This document shows, piece after piece, positions 1-12,100 of a DNA stretch of 64,000 nt. Source of the stretch: Antedon mediterranea (lineage: Eukaryota > Animalia > Echinodermata); the NCBI RefSeq assembly GCF_964355755.1, contig NC_092675.1, positions 28,492,912-28,556,911 on the forward strand, in the 5' to 3' direction. The stretch's first letter is position 1; every line of letters begins with the position of its first letter. Both the position numbers and the translations under genes were made by a program. The notes beneath the pieces are model-generated. The model worked only from the letters and a program-made list of their open reading frames with translations, was not told the DNA's origin and searched no databases.

Positions 1-83
1 ATATGTTTAAGTTTTGAATCAATTTATATTTACAATATCTTTAACTAAATAAACCTCTGCAAAGATCACTACATTATACTTAC

Positions 84-782
84 TATTCCACTTGCAATTA
101 CAGTTGTAACAGAGGGGGTTGTCTTTGACGTTGTTACCAATCCTTTTATTATCACCTGCTGGGGTCGTGGCGGAGCTGGGGCTATTTTCTTTGGTGTTGT
201 GACTGATGATTTCACAGGACTCTTAATTTGTGTAGAGCTGGAGGTGATGGTTTGACCAGCTATAAGTTTTGACATTGCACTACTTGATATTACAATGCTT
301 TTGTTTAGTAGACTGCCCTGAGTGACTGTAATCACCTTTACCGGTGAACCTGGAGTCAATAATTTACCATCAACTGTTTGTAAAATTCCCGACGTTAACT
401 TTGGTGTGGTACCAGCAACCGACACAATCTTATTTGTGGTAGGGTTTTTAGTAATGATTACTTTTGTGAGTACCTGATTCTGTCCAATTGATGGAGGGGG
501 ACGTTTTAAAATAGCCTGAACGGCAGCTGACGTTGCAGTTGGATTTATACTTGATACGGTAACCACTGGCTTAGCAGGAGCTAACGATATGGGAATAACA
601 TTTGTTTGTAAGTTTGGAGCTGATAGTACAATTGTCTGTCCTTTACTTGTAGTGATCACTTGACCAGTCTTTCCAGCTATACTGATAGTCTGGCCCTGCG
701 AGGCAGCTGCAGCGATGGTTGTAATAGTCGCTGCTTCCATTTTGCTTTTGCTTTGACCACTGCCACTAGATGAGTCTTCCAT
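84..782 (-). CDS. LIN54: First coding exon of a LIN54-like protein (DREAM/MuvB subunit), low-complexity T/S/V/K/P-rich N-terminus; the gene continues leftwards out of the window
   Basis: ATG at 782, GTAAGT donor at 83, acceptor AG at 846-845, upstream non-coding exon with donor GTAAGA at 1570. The segment LKRPPPSIGQNQVLTKVIITKNP resembles the recalled human LIN54 [20 protein letters not shown]. Head-to-head position with COPS4 matches human. The diagnostic CRC domain is not in the window. Confidence 0.65.
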
Positions 783-1570
783 GATATAATATCTTTTAAT
801 TTAACGATTTGTGTTTCATTAAAAAAATTGACAGCAGTACATTCCTATGAGTACAAAGAAAATTGGAAATAAAGAATTTAAATGTTAAAAACAATGAGTT
901 TGCATTCAGTATTGTGCAGTACAGTAGTGCAGTTACAATACCAAAAACTGGAAAAATTCAATTTAGGTACTGTACACTACATTTAATGGTTTTATATAAT
1001 AAGCACAAATAATTACTAAAGTCCCAGAGAAGGAGCAAATGTTTTTTTATACTACTAGTATTAACTTAGCAAAAAACAATAAGATAGAGAGGTAGAATAG
1101 TGTTTCTAATTAAAGCTGAAGTCTCATAAACCAAGAGTTGATGGAGAGTTTACCATCGCTCTATGTATGTCTGTATGTACAGTACTTATTGTGGACAAAA
1201 ACAAAGACTTTTTTTTGTTTTTTAGGATGACACAGCACTGCACACAGAATGTTAACTGCAAGTTTTTCAGCTGCTATGCTTATACGTGTTTTATAATTAA
1301 TATGTTTTTAAAATAATAACCATTTAGGCCTAAATTTCTTTAATTGTTTAATGTGTGCATACATTTTTTCTAGGCCTAGGCAAGGTCCTACACCACCTAC
1401 ACAACCACGACCGAGCTGTGTGGAATGACACACCGAAACCCGTGTTGACAATATCCGCGATCGGGAGGGTTTATATCGTGCCTCAGTTTCACACATATTT
1501 TTACATTTTGTATTAAAATAAAACACACAAACACATAATGTATAAATACCTCAATAGCTATATGTCTTAC

Positions 1571-1900
1571 CTAAAGTATATTTTATATAAAATCGTTCTT
1601 TGGAAGGGAGTTTTGGGCTGATGATTTGGTGAAATTTGTTCAAAATCACGCGCCCACCATTACTATCCCATAATGAAAATTGTGCCACCAGAAAAAAAGT
1701 CAGGCTTGACACTAAATACTATAAAATATTTTATGATTTAAAAAAAATACGTATATACATTTGTTAAAATATTAATAATAATTTATTATCAATAAAGTAT
1801 TTCAAATCTATTTTTAACAATTTAAGTATTTTAAAAAGCTAAATTTATCTCGGTATGTAGCGGTAAACTGATTTCTGTCTCTCCAATTCAAAATGGCTGC
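1571..1900. promoter_or_regulatory. Short bidirectional promoter region LIN54/COPS4 with a CDE/CHR-like element and ZNF143-like and YY1-like motifs
   Basis: Only about 320 bp separate the LIN54 first-exon donor (1570) from the COPS4 ATG (1893). The minus strand reads GGCGCG-TGAT-TTTGAA at 1654-1639. TACTATCCCATAATG lies at 1661-1675. CAAAATGGCTGC at 1889-1900 overlaps the COPS4 ATG. Confidence 0.55.
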
Positions 1901-4900
1901 GTCCGTACGACAACAACTTTCTACTTTACTAGCGTCTTCTGGATCGCCTAAAGACCTCGCAGACAAGTAATTTTGTATTAACTGTTATATTATTACCTTT
2001 AGTAACTTAAGTGATATTTACAACTCAGTTATCATGTTATTTTATTTTCGTAGGCTAGCTCACTGAACAACAGGGACGTGTATATGCGGATTTCCCCGAA
2101 CATGTGGCTCTGTGTGTGGGATTGATAGGTGGACAGAGCATTTGGCCTACCTGGGCCTAGGCCTTCGTATATTTAAAATGTTGTTTTTATTTAAAACGAA
2201 CCCTATTCGCAATTAGTAATAGCAACTACTTTATCTGTATGAACTAATCAAAATGATGTTTTTAGATATTTCATTTTTTAAAAGGTTTTATTATTATATT
2301 GATTAATTTCAGTAAAATAAAATGATAAAAATGATCACCTATAAAAATAAATTCGTCAAAGGGACGAATTAAATTCTAGTTTATATTGTAATTATTTTTT
2401 TTTTATTTGTATACTATGTGTGTAGGGAGGCCTATTTTTTTATATGACTTTTATTTTTAATTATGCTTTTGATTTTACTTTTAATATTACTTTCTTTGTA
2501 TATATGTTTATGCGCATGATATCGTCCAAAATTTAATTTTTTTTGTTGCAAATAAATTTGTATGCCTAATAAGGACTCCTGCTGTATATTGTCTTGATTT
2601 TCAGGAAAATAAATATTTTGGTATCTTTATTGAATACAGTAGCATGCTTTCTCCCTCTCTGCACTTGGATTTTATTGTGTTTTTTGTTTGCAGATACCGT
2701 AAGGTTCTTTTGCACATACAGGCCTTAACTGGTAACGACCTAATCGAATGCTTTCAAGCATTTATTGAAACAAGTAAGAAAAATAATAACATTTTTTTCA
2801 AGAATTGTTTTTAATCCTAACTCTCTCATAGAGAACACCTTTATGGTGACACAAACTTTTCCGTGTTAAAATAAAGTATTTATTATTATTATTATTATTA
2901 TACAGCATTTTTTTTTTCTTTGCCAAATACTACTCTCTCTGGTATATTTTATTGCTACCAAAATGAAGAATTGAGTCAGCCATTGAATGATATAATATAT
3001 GTATAATGCCAGAATAAGAACATTGCTCAAACACACAATCTTCATTTTTTTTCTCTATATAAACAAACAATTTTTTTTTTTTCAGTGGTAAATGAGAATG
3101 TTAGTCTAGTTATTTCCAGACAGCTTCTTACAGAGATATGTACCCACCTAGCCTCTTTGCCAGACCCTCTCTCATGTCAAGTGTCAAACTTTCTTTTAGA
3201 CAAGGTTCATCCTCGAGTGGTCTCATTTGAAGAACAGGTAATATAAACTGGAAAGAGATGATGTGGTTCTCATAAAAGATCATCTGTCATCTTATTTATC
3301 AAGAAATAAATACAGTAATTTACCATAAAAAATGAAACTGACAATATTTTTTTTGCTTTTGTTAATATCTTTTTTTTAAATTGTGCCATTATTATTGTTA
3401 TAACTTGATTTAACCTAGGTTGCCATACTTACAGAATTTTACGACCTTTGCCAATAATTTATGGTGATGATTATAAAAAATATGCCACATCAAAATAATG
3501 CGAGGTGCTTACAAGACCCATAATGCATCTGTACAGTAGCAATAAATCCATCTATATTATTAAATGTAAACAAATTCTTTGTGTTCACCGTATATTAATT
3601 ACAGACACCATTTTTCTTCTTGAACAGGTTGCAACAACAAGACAACATTTGGCTAATATATATGAAAGAGAATCAAAATGGAGGCAGGCTGCATTTGTGC
3701 TTGTTGGTATTCCGTTAGAAACAGGTCAAAGGTAACAATTTATTTGCAGTTTTATTTATTTATTACTGCTTTTTGACTCAAACAACATAAATAAATAAAA
3801 AAAACAAAAATTAACTTTAATTAATAACACTGAACAAATCAAAATAATGATGAAGAGTCCAGTTTGGTCCATCGCCTCAAACAAAACTTTCTTTTTGAAT
3901 GAACTTTTAAATGGAATGTTATATTTTGTTATACTTATATTATATCAATTTTGCGCAATTCAGATTATTATGCAATAGCACTTATATTTTTAAACCATAA
4001 TTGAATTGAATAATGTTAGTAAAAGATAACTTAAATCATGATTTGAAATATTATTCTTCCTATTTATATCAGTGATTAGAAATTGACACAAGCAAAATTT
4101 TCATTAAATACAAACATATCTTTTCCTTCAGGCAGTACTCAGTCGACTACAAGCTGGAGACGTACCTTAAAATTGCTAGGCTGTACCTGGAAGACGATGA
4201 TCCTGTGCAAGCTGAAGCATACATCAAAAGAGCTTCCTTGTTGCAAGCGGAATCAAAAAATGAACAGCTGCATATTCATTACAAGGTCTGTACCCAGGAG
4301 TGTAAATGGTTACTGATATGTATTATCATTGAGGAATTATTTAGAATTTTTAATTAGTTCCTCCATGGTATTATGAACTGAATTTATTTTAAGTTGATTT
4401 TCATAAGCTAGCTTAAAAATGATTTCTAGTTTAGAATCATAACTCAAGACTCGGATTTGAGCTACAGTACTGTACAGTATAAAGCAGGTACTTTAAAATG
4501 GGAATTTTGATTTATCTGTTGCCCAACCCACTATTAATAATATAATTATATTATATAGCATTTTGGCATATTAAGACTGGTCATATACTGCTATGGTCTT
4601 TTAATTGTAATTAAATTCTATTTCCAATGAGAAGCGTTGTTTTTAATAACCCGACACCCAAGATTTTAGGTTCACTTAAAAATGACGACAATTGTTTGTA
4701 ATGCGTATAAATCTTAAAATTAAAAAATAAAATTATATTTTTATTGATATCTCATTTAGGTGTGTTATGCACGTGTATTAGATTACAGAAGAAAGTTTAT
4801 TGAAGCTGCTCAGAGATACAATGAGTTATCGTACAAGACAATTATCGCAACTGATGAGAGGATGACTGCATTGAAGCATGCTTTACATTGTGCTATACTG

Positions 4901-7900
4901 GCATCAGCAGGTAAGACTATTGACAGGCAAAGGGTCTACAGTATAGACATGGTCGACTGTGCATGTAGTATTTTCTAATATTCACAGTTGACTGTTTCAA
5001 TAGTCAAAATAGTGTGATGGCTATCAACTTGGTCGACTGTGCATGTAGTATTTTCTAATATGCATACAGTAGTTAACTGTTTCATTAGTCAATATAGTGT
5101 GACGGCTATCAACTTGGTCGACTGTGCATTTAGTATTTTCTAATATGCCCAGTTGACTGTTTTGATAGTCAATATATGGTGTGATGGCTATCAACTTGGT
5201 TGACTGTGTGTGTAGTATTTTCTGATATGCCCATGTTGACTGTTTTGATAGTCAATATACGGTATGGTGGCTATCGATATGGTCGAAAGTGCGAGAGATT
5301 ATTTTTTTCCTATCGAAAAGATCAACTTTGCATCTAATGCCTTGTTGTTTTTCACTAAGATCGATCGTGTCTCTGTTTGTTTATTTTATTTTCCACACAC
5401 AAAGTTTAAAGGCCAGGTGCGGGCAAAAAATTTCTATTGATCATACATTCCAATAATTATAGATCTATAGTTTCCCCTATGTTTCATAATTTTTGGGATT
5501 TTATTTGTGTTACACAAGCTTGTTGAAAATAAGCACTTTCTTATCAGTGGGGGGGGGGGGGGGATAGTTCAAATTACACAGTAAAATCTCTATTCTTTTG
5601 TACACAAATTTTGTAAATAGAGAGGCATTTTAAAAAGCTATGAAAACTAAACAGTGTGGTAAAAAATGTTATCAGATGACTAAATATAGGTAATATAACT
5701 TGAATATTACATTTCTGGTATTTTTATTCAACTTTAGATTTTTATTTTCATGCTATAGCAAAAATTATCCACCGTATATCCACCATCTTTTTTCACCATC
5801 TAGGGAGTCACCAGACATGTTATTACATTAGGTTAACTACCTAACTACTGAAAAAAAGTCTTCAGGTTTTTATGGAAGAATTTTGCCAAATTTTGTATTT
5901 GACCAAAAATAAGGGAAATTCATGCTTGTTCGTCTTGATTTCTGTTACAAATATTTGATTTATGTACAATTAACCAAATATTATATTTAAAATTCATGCC
6001 TGTACCTGAGCTTTAAAGGAAGTTAAATTTAGATATAGTTAGTTGTAGTTGTACATAAAATTTGATGAATAGGGACACATTTATGTATGAATGAATAAGT
6101 AAACAAAAGGTTCACTCCATAACTATTTTGCGATAAAATTCACTGGTAATGTTAATTCTAGGGCAACAAAGATCAAGAATGCTGGCAACCTTGTTCAAAG
6201 ATGAACGATGTCAGAAGTTGCCTGCCTATGGAATCCTAGAGAAGATGTACTTAGAGAGAATAATCCGAGGGGATCAGTTGAAAGAGTTTGCAGCTTCACT
6301 AGCTGACCACCAAAAAGCCACAACCGCAGATGGTGAGTTCCATAAGGGGCATAATGTAGGGTAAAGAACTTCCAAGATCAGGGCCATGATTCTAGCCTTT
6401 ATTCCCAAAGAACTGAATGCCTCTTCTATATCATTTAAGACTGTTTTCTACTAACATTAACGGCAGATGGTGAGTTCCATAAGGGGCTCAATTGTAGGAT
6501 AAAGAGGTTCCAAGATCAGGGCCATGATTCTAGCCTTTATTCCCAAAGAACTGAATGCCTCTTCTATATCATTAAAGACTGTTTTCCACTAACATTAACG
6601 GCAGATGGTGAGTTCCATAAGGGGCATAATTGTAGGGTAAAGAGGTTCCAAGATCAGGGCCATGATTCTAGCCTTTATTCCCAAAGAACTGAATGCCTCT
6701 TCTATATCATTAAAGACTGTTTTCCACTAACATTAACGGCAGATGGTGAGTTCCATAAGGAGCATAATGATAGCGTAAAGAGATTCCAAGATGAGGGCCA
6801 TGATTGTAGCCTTTATTCCCAAAGAACTGAATGCCTCTTCTATATCATTAAAGACTGTTTTCCACGAGCAACAGTGGCAGGATGATAAGATGAAATTGGG
6901 CCATAACTCTTTATTTTATTATCCCCAGGAACTCCTCTTCTATACCCTTAAAGCCTTTCCACTCATTCACGCAAACCAAATGTTTTTGCAACAAGTAGAA
7001 ACTATTCGAACTACTAATGGAAATGTGAATTCATATAAGGTGACTTTTTTCATTTAACAAATTCACCTCATGGAGAACAACACTACCCAATATAGCATTG
7101 GCATATTTCAATCATTACAAGACTATACTTCTCTTTTAGAAATCTTCTAATATCTTTAATTAAAACCTCGTTTTGTGAATTTTGATAATCACTTTTTGTT
7201 TGGCAGGATCTAGCATTTTAGACCGTGCAATAATTGAACACAATCTACTATCTGCTAGCAAACTTTACAATAACATCACATTTGAAGAATTAGGATCACT
7301 GCTGGAAATTCCACCAACTAAGGTGAGCCTAGTAATCAATTTCAATCTTTATTTAATCCATTTCAATCTTTATTTAAAAACCCATTCCCTACAATTGTTG
7401 ACGTTTGTAAAAATAATGCAAATATATTACTTTAAAAACATTAAACCAGGTCATTCCTTGTCTTAAATGTACGTTTTTTGGTAAATTATGATAAAAAGAG
7501 AGAAACAATGCACTATAGGTCGCGGTGTACGTCCTCTCGTGGATGGTCTTTGGTTTTGTAGGCCTAACTGGTAAACAGCAGTAATGTATGAACATTGTAT
7601 GCTAGTTACAGGCCTAGCCCGATGTTGTCTAGTTGCTGCTTTAATTGTCTTACTGTTTTGGAGGAAACCCGGTAGTTACGATTCTTCCATTTGTTTTGGC
7701 CTTCATAATCGATTGAAAGTGGGTGAATCGCAGAAGAAAAACGAAAAAAAATCAATCTGCGTGCAATGCATGTTGGGATTTATAGAGAGCCGCTTAAATT
7801 GTTAGAAGCGACTTATTTTTCACATTTGTAACCATTTTTAAATGGTATAATGTTTAAAAACAAAAAAACAAATTATCGCAATAGGATTATATAGTACTTA

Positions 7901-8655
7901 TTTTTTCATTAAATGTAGTTTGTGACCTTAAATTAGATCTAAAAAACGTAGGAAATGGAACTTTACCCATGTCATTCATTGTTTAAAATTGATAGTGGAT
8001 ATAATGTATTAAACAGTATTATAACTAAATATTTCTTTTTAGGCTGAAAAAATTGCATCCCAAATGATATCAGAAGGCAGAATGTCTGGATACATTGATC
8101 AGATTGACAGCATCGTTCATTTTGAGAGTAAGTAATTTTTTTAAAAATTAATATCTTGTAAAAACAAATTGTTAATCATTATTAATTTATTATAGTAATA
8201 ATAATAGTCTGTTCTTATATAGCGCATATAAGCAAGCTCTCTCTGTTAAATTAATGAAAAGCTTGTTGGAAAAGGAAAGTCTTGAGTTGAGTCTTAAATG
8301 AGTTAAGGGAAGTGCACTGTCTGATTGTGATAGGTAGGGAGTTCCACAAAGTTGGCGCTGCCACTGCAAAGGCTCTCTGACCGTAGGTAGATGTCCTTGT
8401 CCTTGGAACCACAAGTAGGCATTGGGAACCAGACCTAAGAGATCTAGTGGGCTGGTAACTCTAGACAAGCTCAGATTATTGATTTGTTATAAATTAACTT
8501 TAAATTACTTTTCAATAACAGCTAGAGATGCTCTTCCTCAGTGGGATAGACAAATTCAGAGTTTATGTGGCCAAGTAAATGATGTCATCGAAAAGATACA
8601 ACAGCATGCACCTGATTGGACGGCAGCATTAGGGGAAAACCAAATGGTCCAATGA
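1893..8655 (+). CDS. COPS4: COP9 signalosome subunit 4
   Basis: Exons 1893-1966, 2694-2773, 3086-3237, 3628-3731, 4132-4285, 4760-4910, 6162-6332, 7207-7322, 8043-8127, 8522-8655, all GT-AG. They sum to 1221 nt = 406 aa plus stop. Motifs include [44 protein letters not shown] and the PCI-domain [21 protein letters not shown]. Confidence 0.97.
4948..5290. repeat. Intronic tandem repeat, about 80-84 bp unit, about 4 copies
   Basis: GGTCGACTGTGCATGTAGTATTTTCTAATA-like blocks recur at about 4951, 5031, 5116, 5198 and 5281. Confidence 0.85.
6326..6885 (+). repeat. Tandem repeat of 137-138 bp, 4 copies, each starting with the COPS4 exon 7 end and splice donor
   Basis: GCAGATG|GTGAGTTCCATAAGG occurs with GT at 6333, 6470, 6608 and 6746. 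Confidence 0.9.
8190..8470 (-). mobile_element. 5'-truncated L2-like LINE 3' end in COPS4 intron 9
   Basis: Minus strand translates [54 protein letters not shown], followed by GCGCTATATAAG and a (TAT)n-like tail. Confidence 0.85.
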
Positions 8656-9149
8656 AACAAACTGTATTAAAATGTAGCATTCTTATGACTGACAATGATG
8701 TGATAACATCCAAATATACAGAACATTTAATTGGATAACATTTACAGGTGCAATGTATATATATGTAGTACTGTATGTTGCATTATACCCGTTACAACCG
8801 CCTGAAATGCGTTCTACCGATTCCTATTAATAAACTAAACGGTTGTGCTGGATCGAATCTGTAGTGAAACTAGACCAAAAAGAACATTTGTTTACACAAT
8901 CCCATAGCAACTCGTCGTTGTTCATAATGTTCATCCTGTAATATTGATTTTATTACAACTGTATTGATTGAACAAAAAGATAATATTGAAGCAATTTCAT
9001 TGATTTGGTTTGTAGTAAAAAGCTTACTGTAATTTGCTATTACCAACATAACATTGCATATTTATGTAGATTGCAAGTTAAAACTAAATAAAAACTCTCC
9101 TCTTGAAGTTGATCATTAAACAGCTCATTCCACTTACATAACATAGTTA

Positions 9150-12100
9150 AGACGTGTGCGCCTTACAAGCGGCCAGTCTGATCTGTTCTCCAAGTTTCTG
9201 TAAAATTACAGTTTCTGTATTACTGAAATCTGTGTGTTTAATGCCACATCGAACTTTTCCTGGTTATTACTGACCGTTGTATGTATTTGTGAAGATAACA
9301 TCGTTGGTCTACTAGCGAAACTAATGTTCCGTTTTCCTAGGCCAGTTTCGTTTGCCTGTCTACTCACATTCCTGTGCAGTCAGCCTTCGCGGTCAGCCGT
9401 ATCCACGGTTCATTCAACATTCTTTGCCGGATTTGTCAACTACGGTAGGCCTAGGATTGTAGTAGTCGGCTTACTTCACAGAACCGAATCGTCTTATAAT
9501 AACGGGTGTTCATTGACTTTAATTCAACCTGTCAGTTCATCTATTGCGTCTATGATTTACTACGATCGTGATCAACTTCTCAGATTATCAGGAAACTTAA
9601 AGTCATCGTTGACTCCATCAGAAATTGACACTATAAATCGTTTGAATATCAATGCCTTTACCACATGCCGAGCATTCTCAACTCGAAAAACACATAGAGG
9701 AAAGAAGGCTGGTCGACGACGAAGCAAGCTTATCTCTGCCGCCACTGAACACATCTCTCAACCTCGCAGACCTGTTTCCGTGGATACTGAACAATCTCGT
9801 AGTTCGAGTTCCATCTGTTTTGGACTGTGGAATGCGCGTTCTATAAGAAATAAAACTGTTCACGTTTGTGATTTTATTTTGGATGTTGAATTAGACATTT
9901 TAGTAATTACCGAAAGTTGGTTGAAAGGTGATGCAAGTGACAACCACTTTATTGCGGACGTGAGTAACACCCTCCCAAATTTCGTGGTGTCACATGAGCC
10001 ACGCCCTACAGGTGGACGCGGAGGTGGAATATGCATCATTTCGCACCGTGGACTCCAAATAACACCAAATGTTTCAACAAGTTTCCGGTCTTTCGAACAT
10101 ATGGATATCAAGATCACTTCCAATTCATCTGTAATTAACTTGATTTCAATTTACAGACCACCACCATCGACCAAAAACAAACTTACCTTTGACTTGTTCA
10201 TCACTGAATTCTCATCACTTCTTGAATCAGTCTCTTGCACCAAAAACCTTCTGATAGTTGGTGATTTCAATATTCACACAGATGACCTCTTGGACAACAA
10301 CACCAAGCGATTTGATGAACTGCTTTACACGAGTTGTCTTCATCAACACGTCCAAGGCCCCACTCACGTTAGCGGGCACACACTGGACCTTCTAATCTCT
10401 CGAAAAAACGACAACATAATAAAACAAACCACTGTCAAACAAGGACTACCATCCGACCATATGGCTGTCATCAGCTTTGTGGATTTATCACATCCTAAAC
10501 AACCAACGCGGACAACCTCTTACCGCAAACTTCGTAACATTGATCTAAATTGTTTTGTGGAAGATATAATGAATTCCCCGCTCGTCTGCGCACCGGAAGA
10601 TAATGTCTCCGATCTCGCTGACCAATACAATAATGTATTGCAGTACATCCTTGACCAACATGCTCCGTTAACAACTAAACTGGTCACCATTAGACCACGG
10701 GCACCATGGTACACGAATGAACTCCGTGAAGCGAAGTGCGTCAAACGGAGATCAGAACGCAGAATGTTGAAATCTGGTTTGGATATCGACAAACAGAGGT
10801 ACAAGTTAGAATGCAAAGCATATAAAGATATGCTAGATCTAGCAAAATGCAATTATCATCGCAATGAAATCGCTAATGCGGATGACAAGAACCTTTTCCG
10901 CATCATAAGTAAACTGTACTCGGTCGATTCTTCTCCTGTTCTGCCAAAACACACATCTTCAATGGATCTCGCAAACCAGTTTGGCTGTTTCTTTAATGAA
11001 AAGATTCTGAAAATTTGCAAGAAACTTAACTCCATAAACACTCCACTAATAACTGTCAACGTCGACGAGTCATGTAATAGTAGTTTCGCTGAATTTGAGC
11101 AAATATCAGAAGATACGGTACGCAAAGTCATCGCTGAAAGCGCATCTAAGTCCAGTAGACTTGACCCAATTCCAACACGGTTACTAAAAAACTGCATTGA
11201 CGCTCTACTACCGCATATCACTAAAATCGTCAACATGTCGCTGTCATCAGGTACTGTACCATCTGCATTTAAATTGTCTCTCGTTATGCCACTGTTGAAA
11301 AAGCAAAATCTCGACTCCAACGTCCTACAAAATTATAGACCAATAGCAAATCTTCCCTTCCTTTTTAAAGTCTTGGAAAGAATTGCAACTGCTCAGATAA
11401 AAGCATATATGGATGAACATTTCCTGTTTTCAAAAGTCCAATCAGCCTACCGCCGCTTCCACTCAACTGAAACCGCTTTATTACGTGTTACAAACGATCT
11501 ACTACTTGCTTTAGACAAAGGTAATGAAGCGGTACTTATTCTACTCGACTACTCCGCAGCATTTGACACTATCAATCATGATTTATTATTTCAACGTCTT
11601 CATAAAAGATACGGCATAAGCGGAACCGCATTGAAATGGTTTATTTCATATTTTGAGAATCGTAGACAAGCAATCATTGTGGGTGATTCGATGTCTGATG
11701 AGTTCGCTCTACCCTGGGGTGTACCACAGGGATCCGTAAAAGGTCCACTCGATTTCATCTTATACACTGGACCACTCAGCAACATCATTGATTCCCACCC
11801 GGAAGTTCGTCATATGATCTATGCCGATGACACTCAACTATATTTAATCATGAAACCTACACATCACTCTGAATCTGTTAACAGCCTTGAATCATGCATT
11901 GCAGATGTTCGCTCATGGGCCATTCAAAATAAACTCATGCTCAACGACTCCAAGACTGAAATGATCCATTTTCATTCAAAGTTCCGTGAGGCATCATCAT
12001 TTCCTTTGGTCCATATCGGAGATACTAGTGTCTCTACCTCCAGCTCAGCCAGAAATCTAGGCGTCCAACTAGACAACAGCCTCGGTTTAAAAGAACACAT

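Noticed and set aside
6326-6885. CRISPR-like array, or coding ORF 6791-7057
   Set aside because: The units are wholly repeated with no unique spacers, the context is eukaryotic with no cas genes, and the ORF derives from the repeat.
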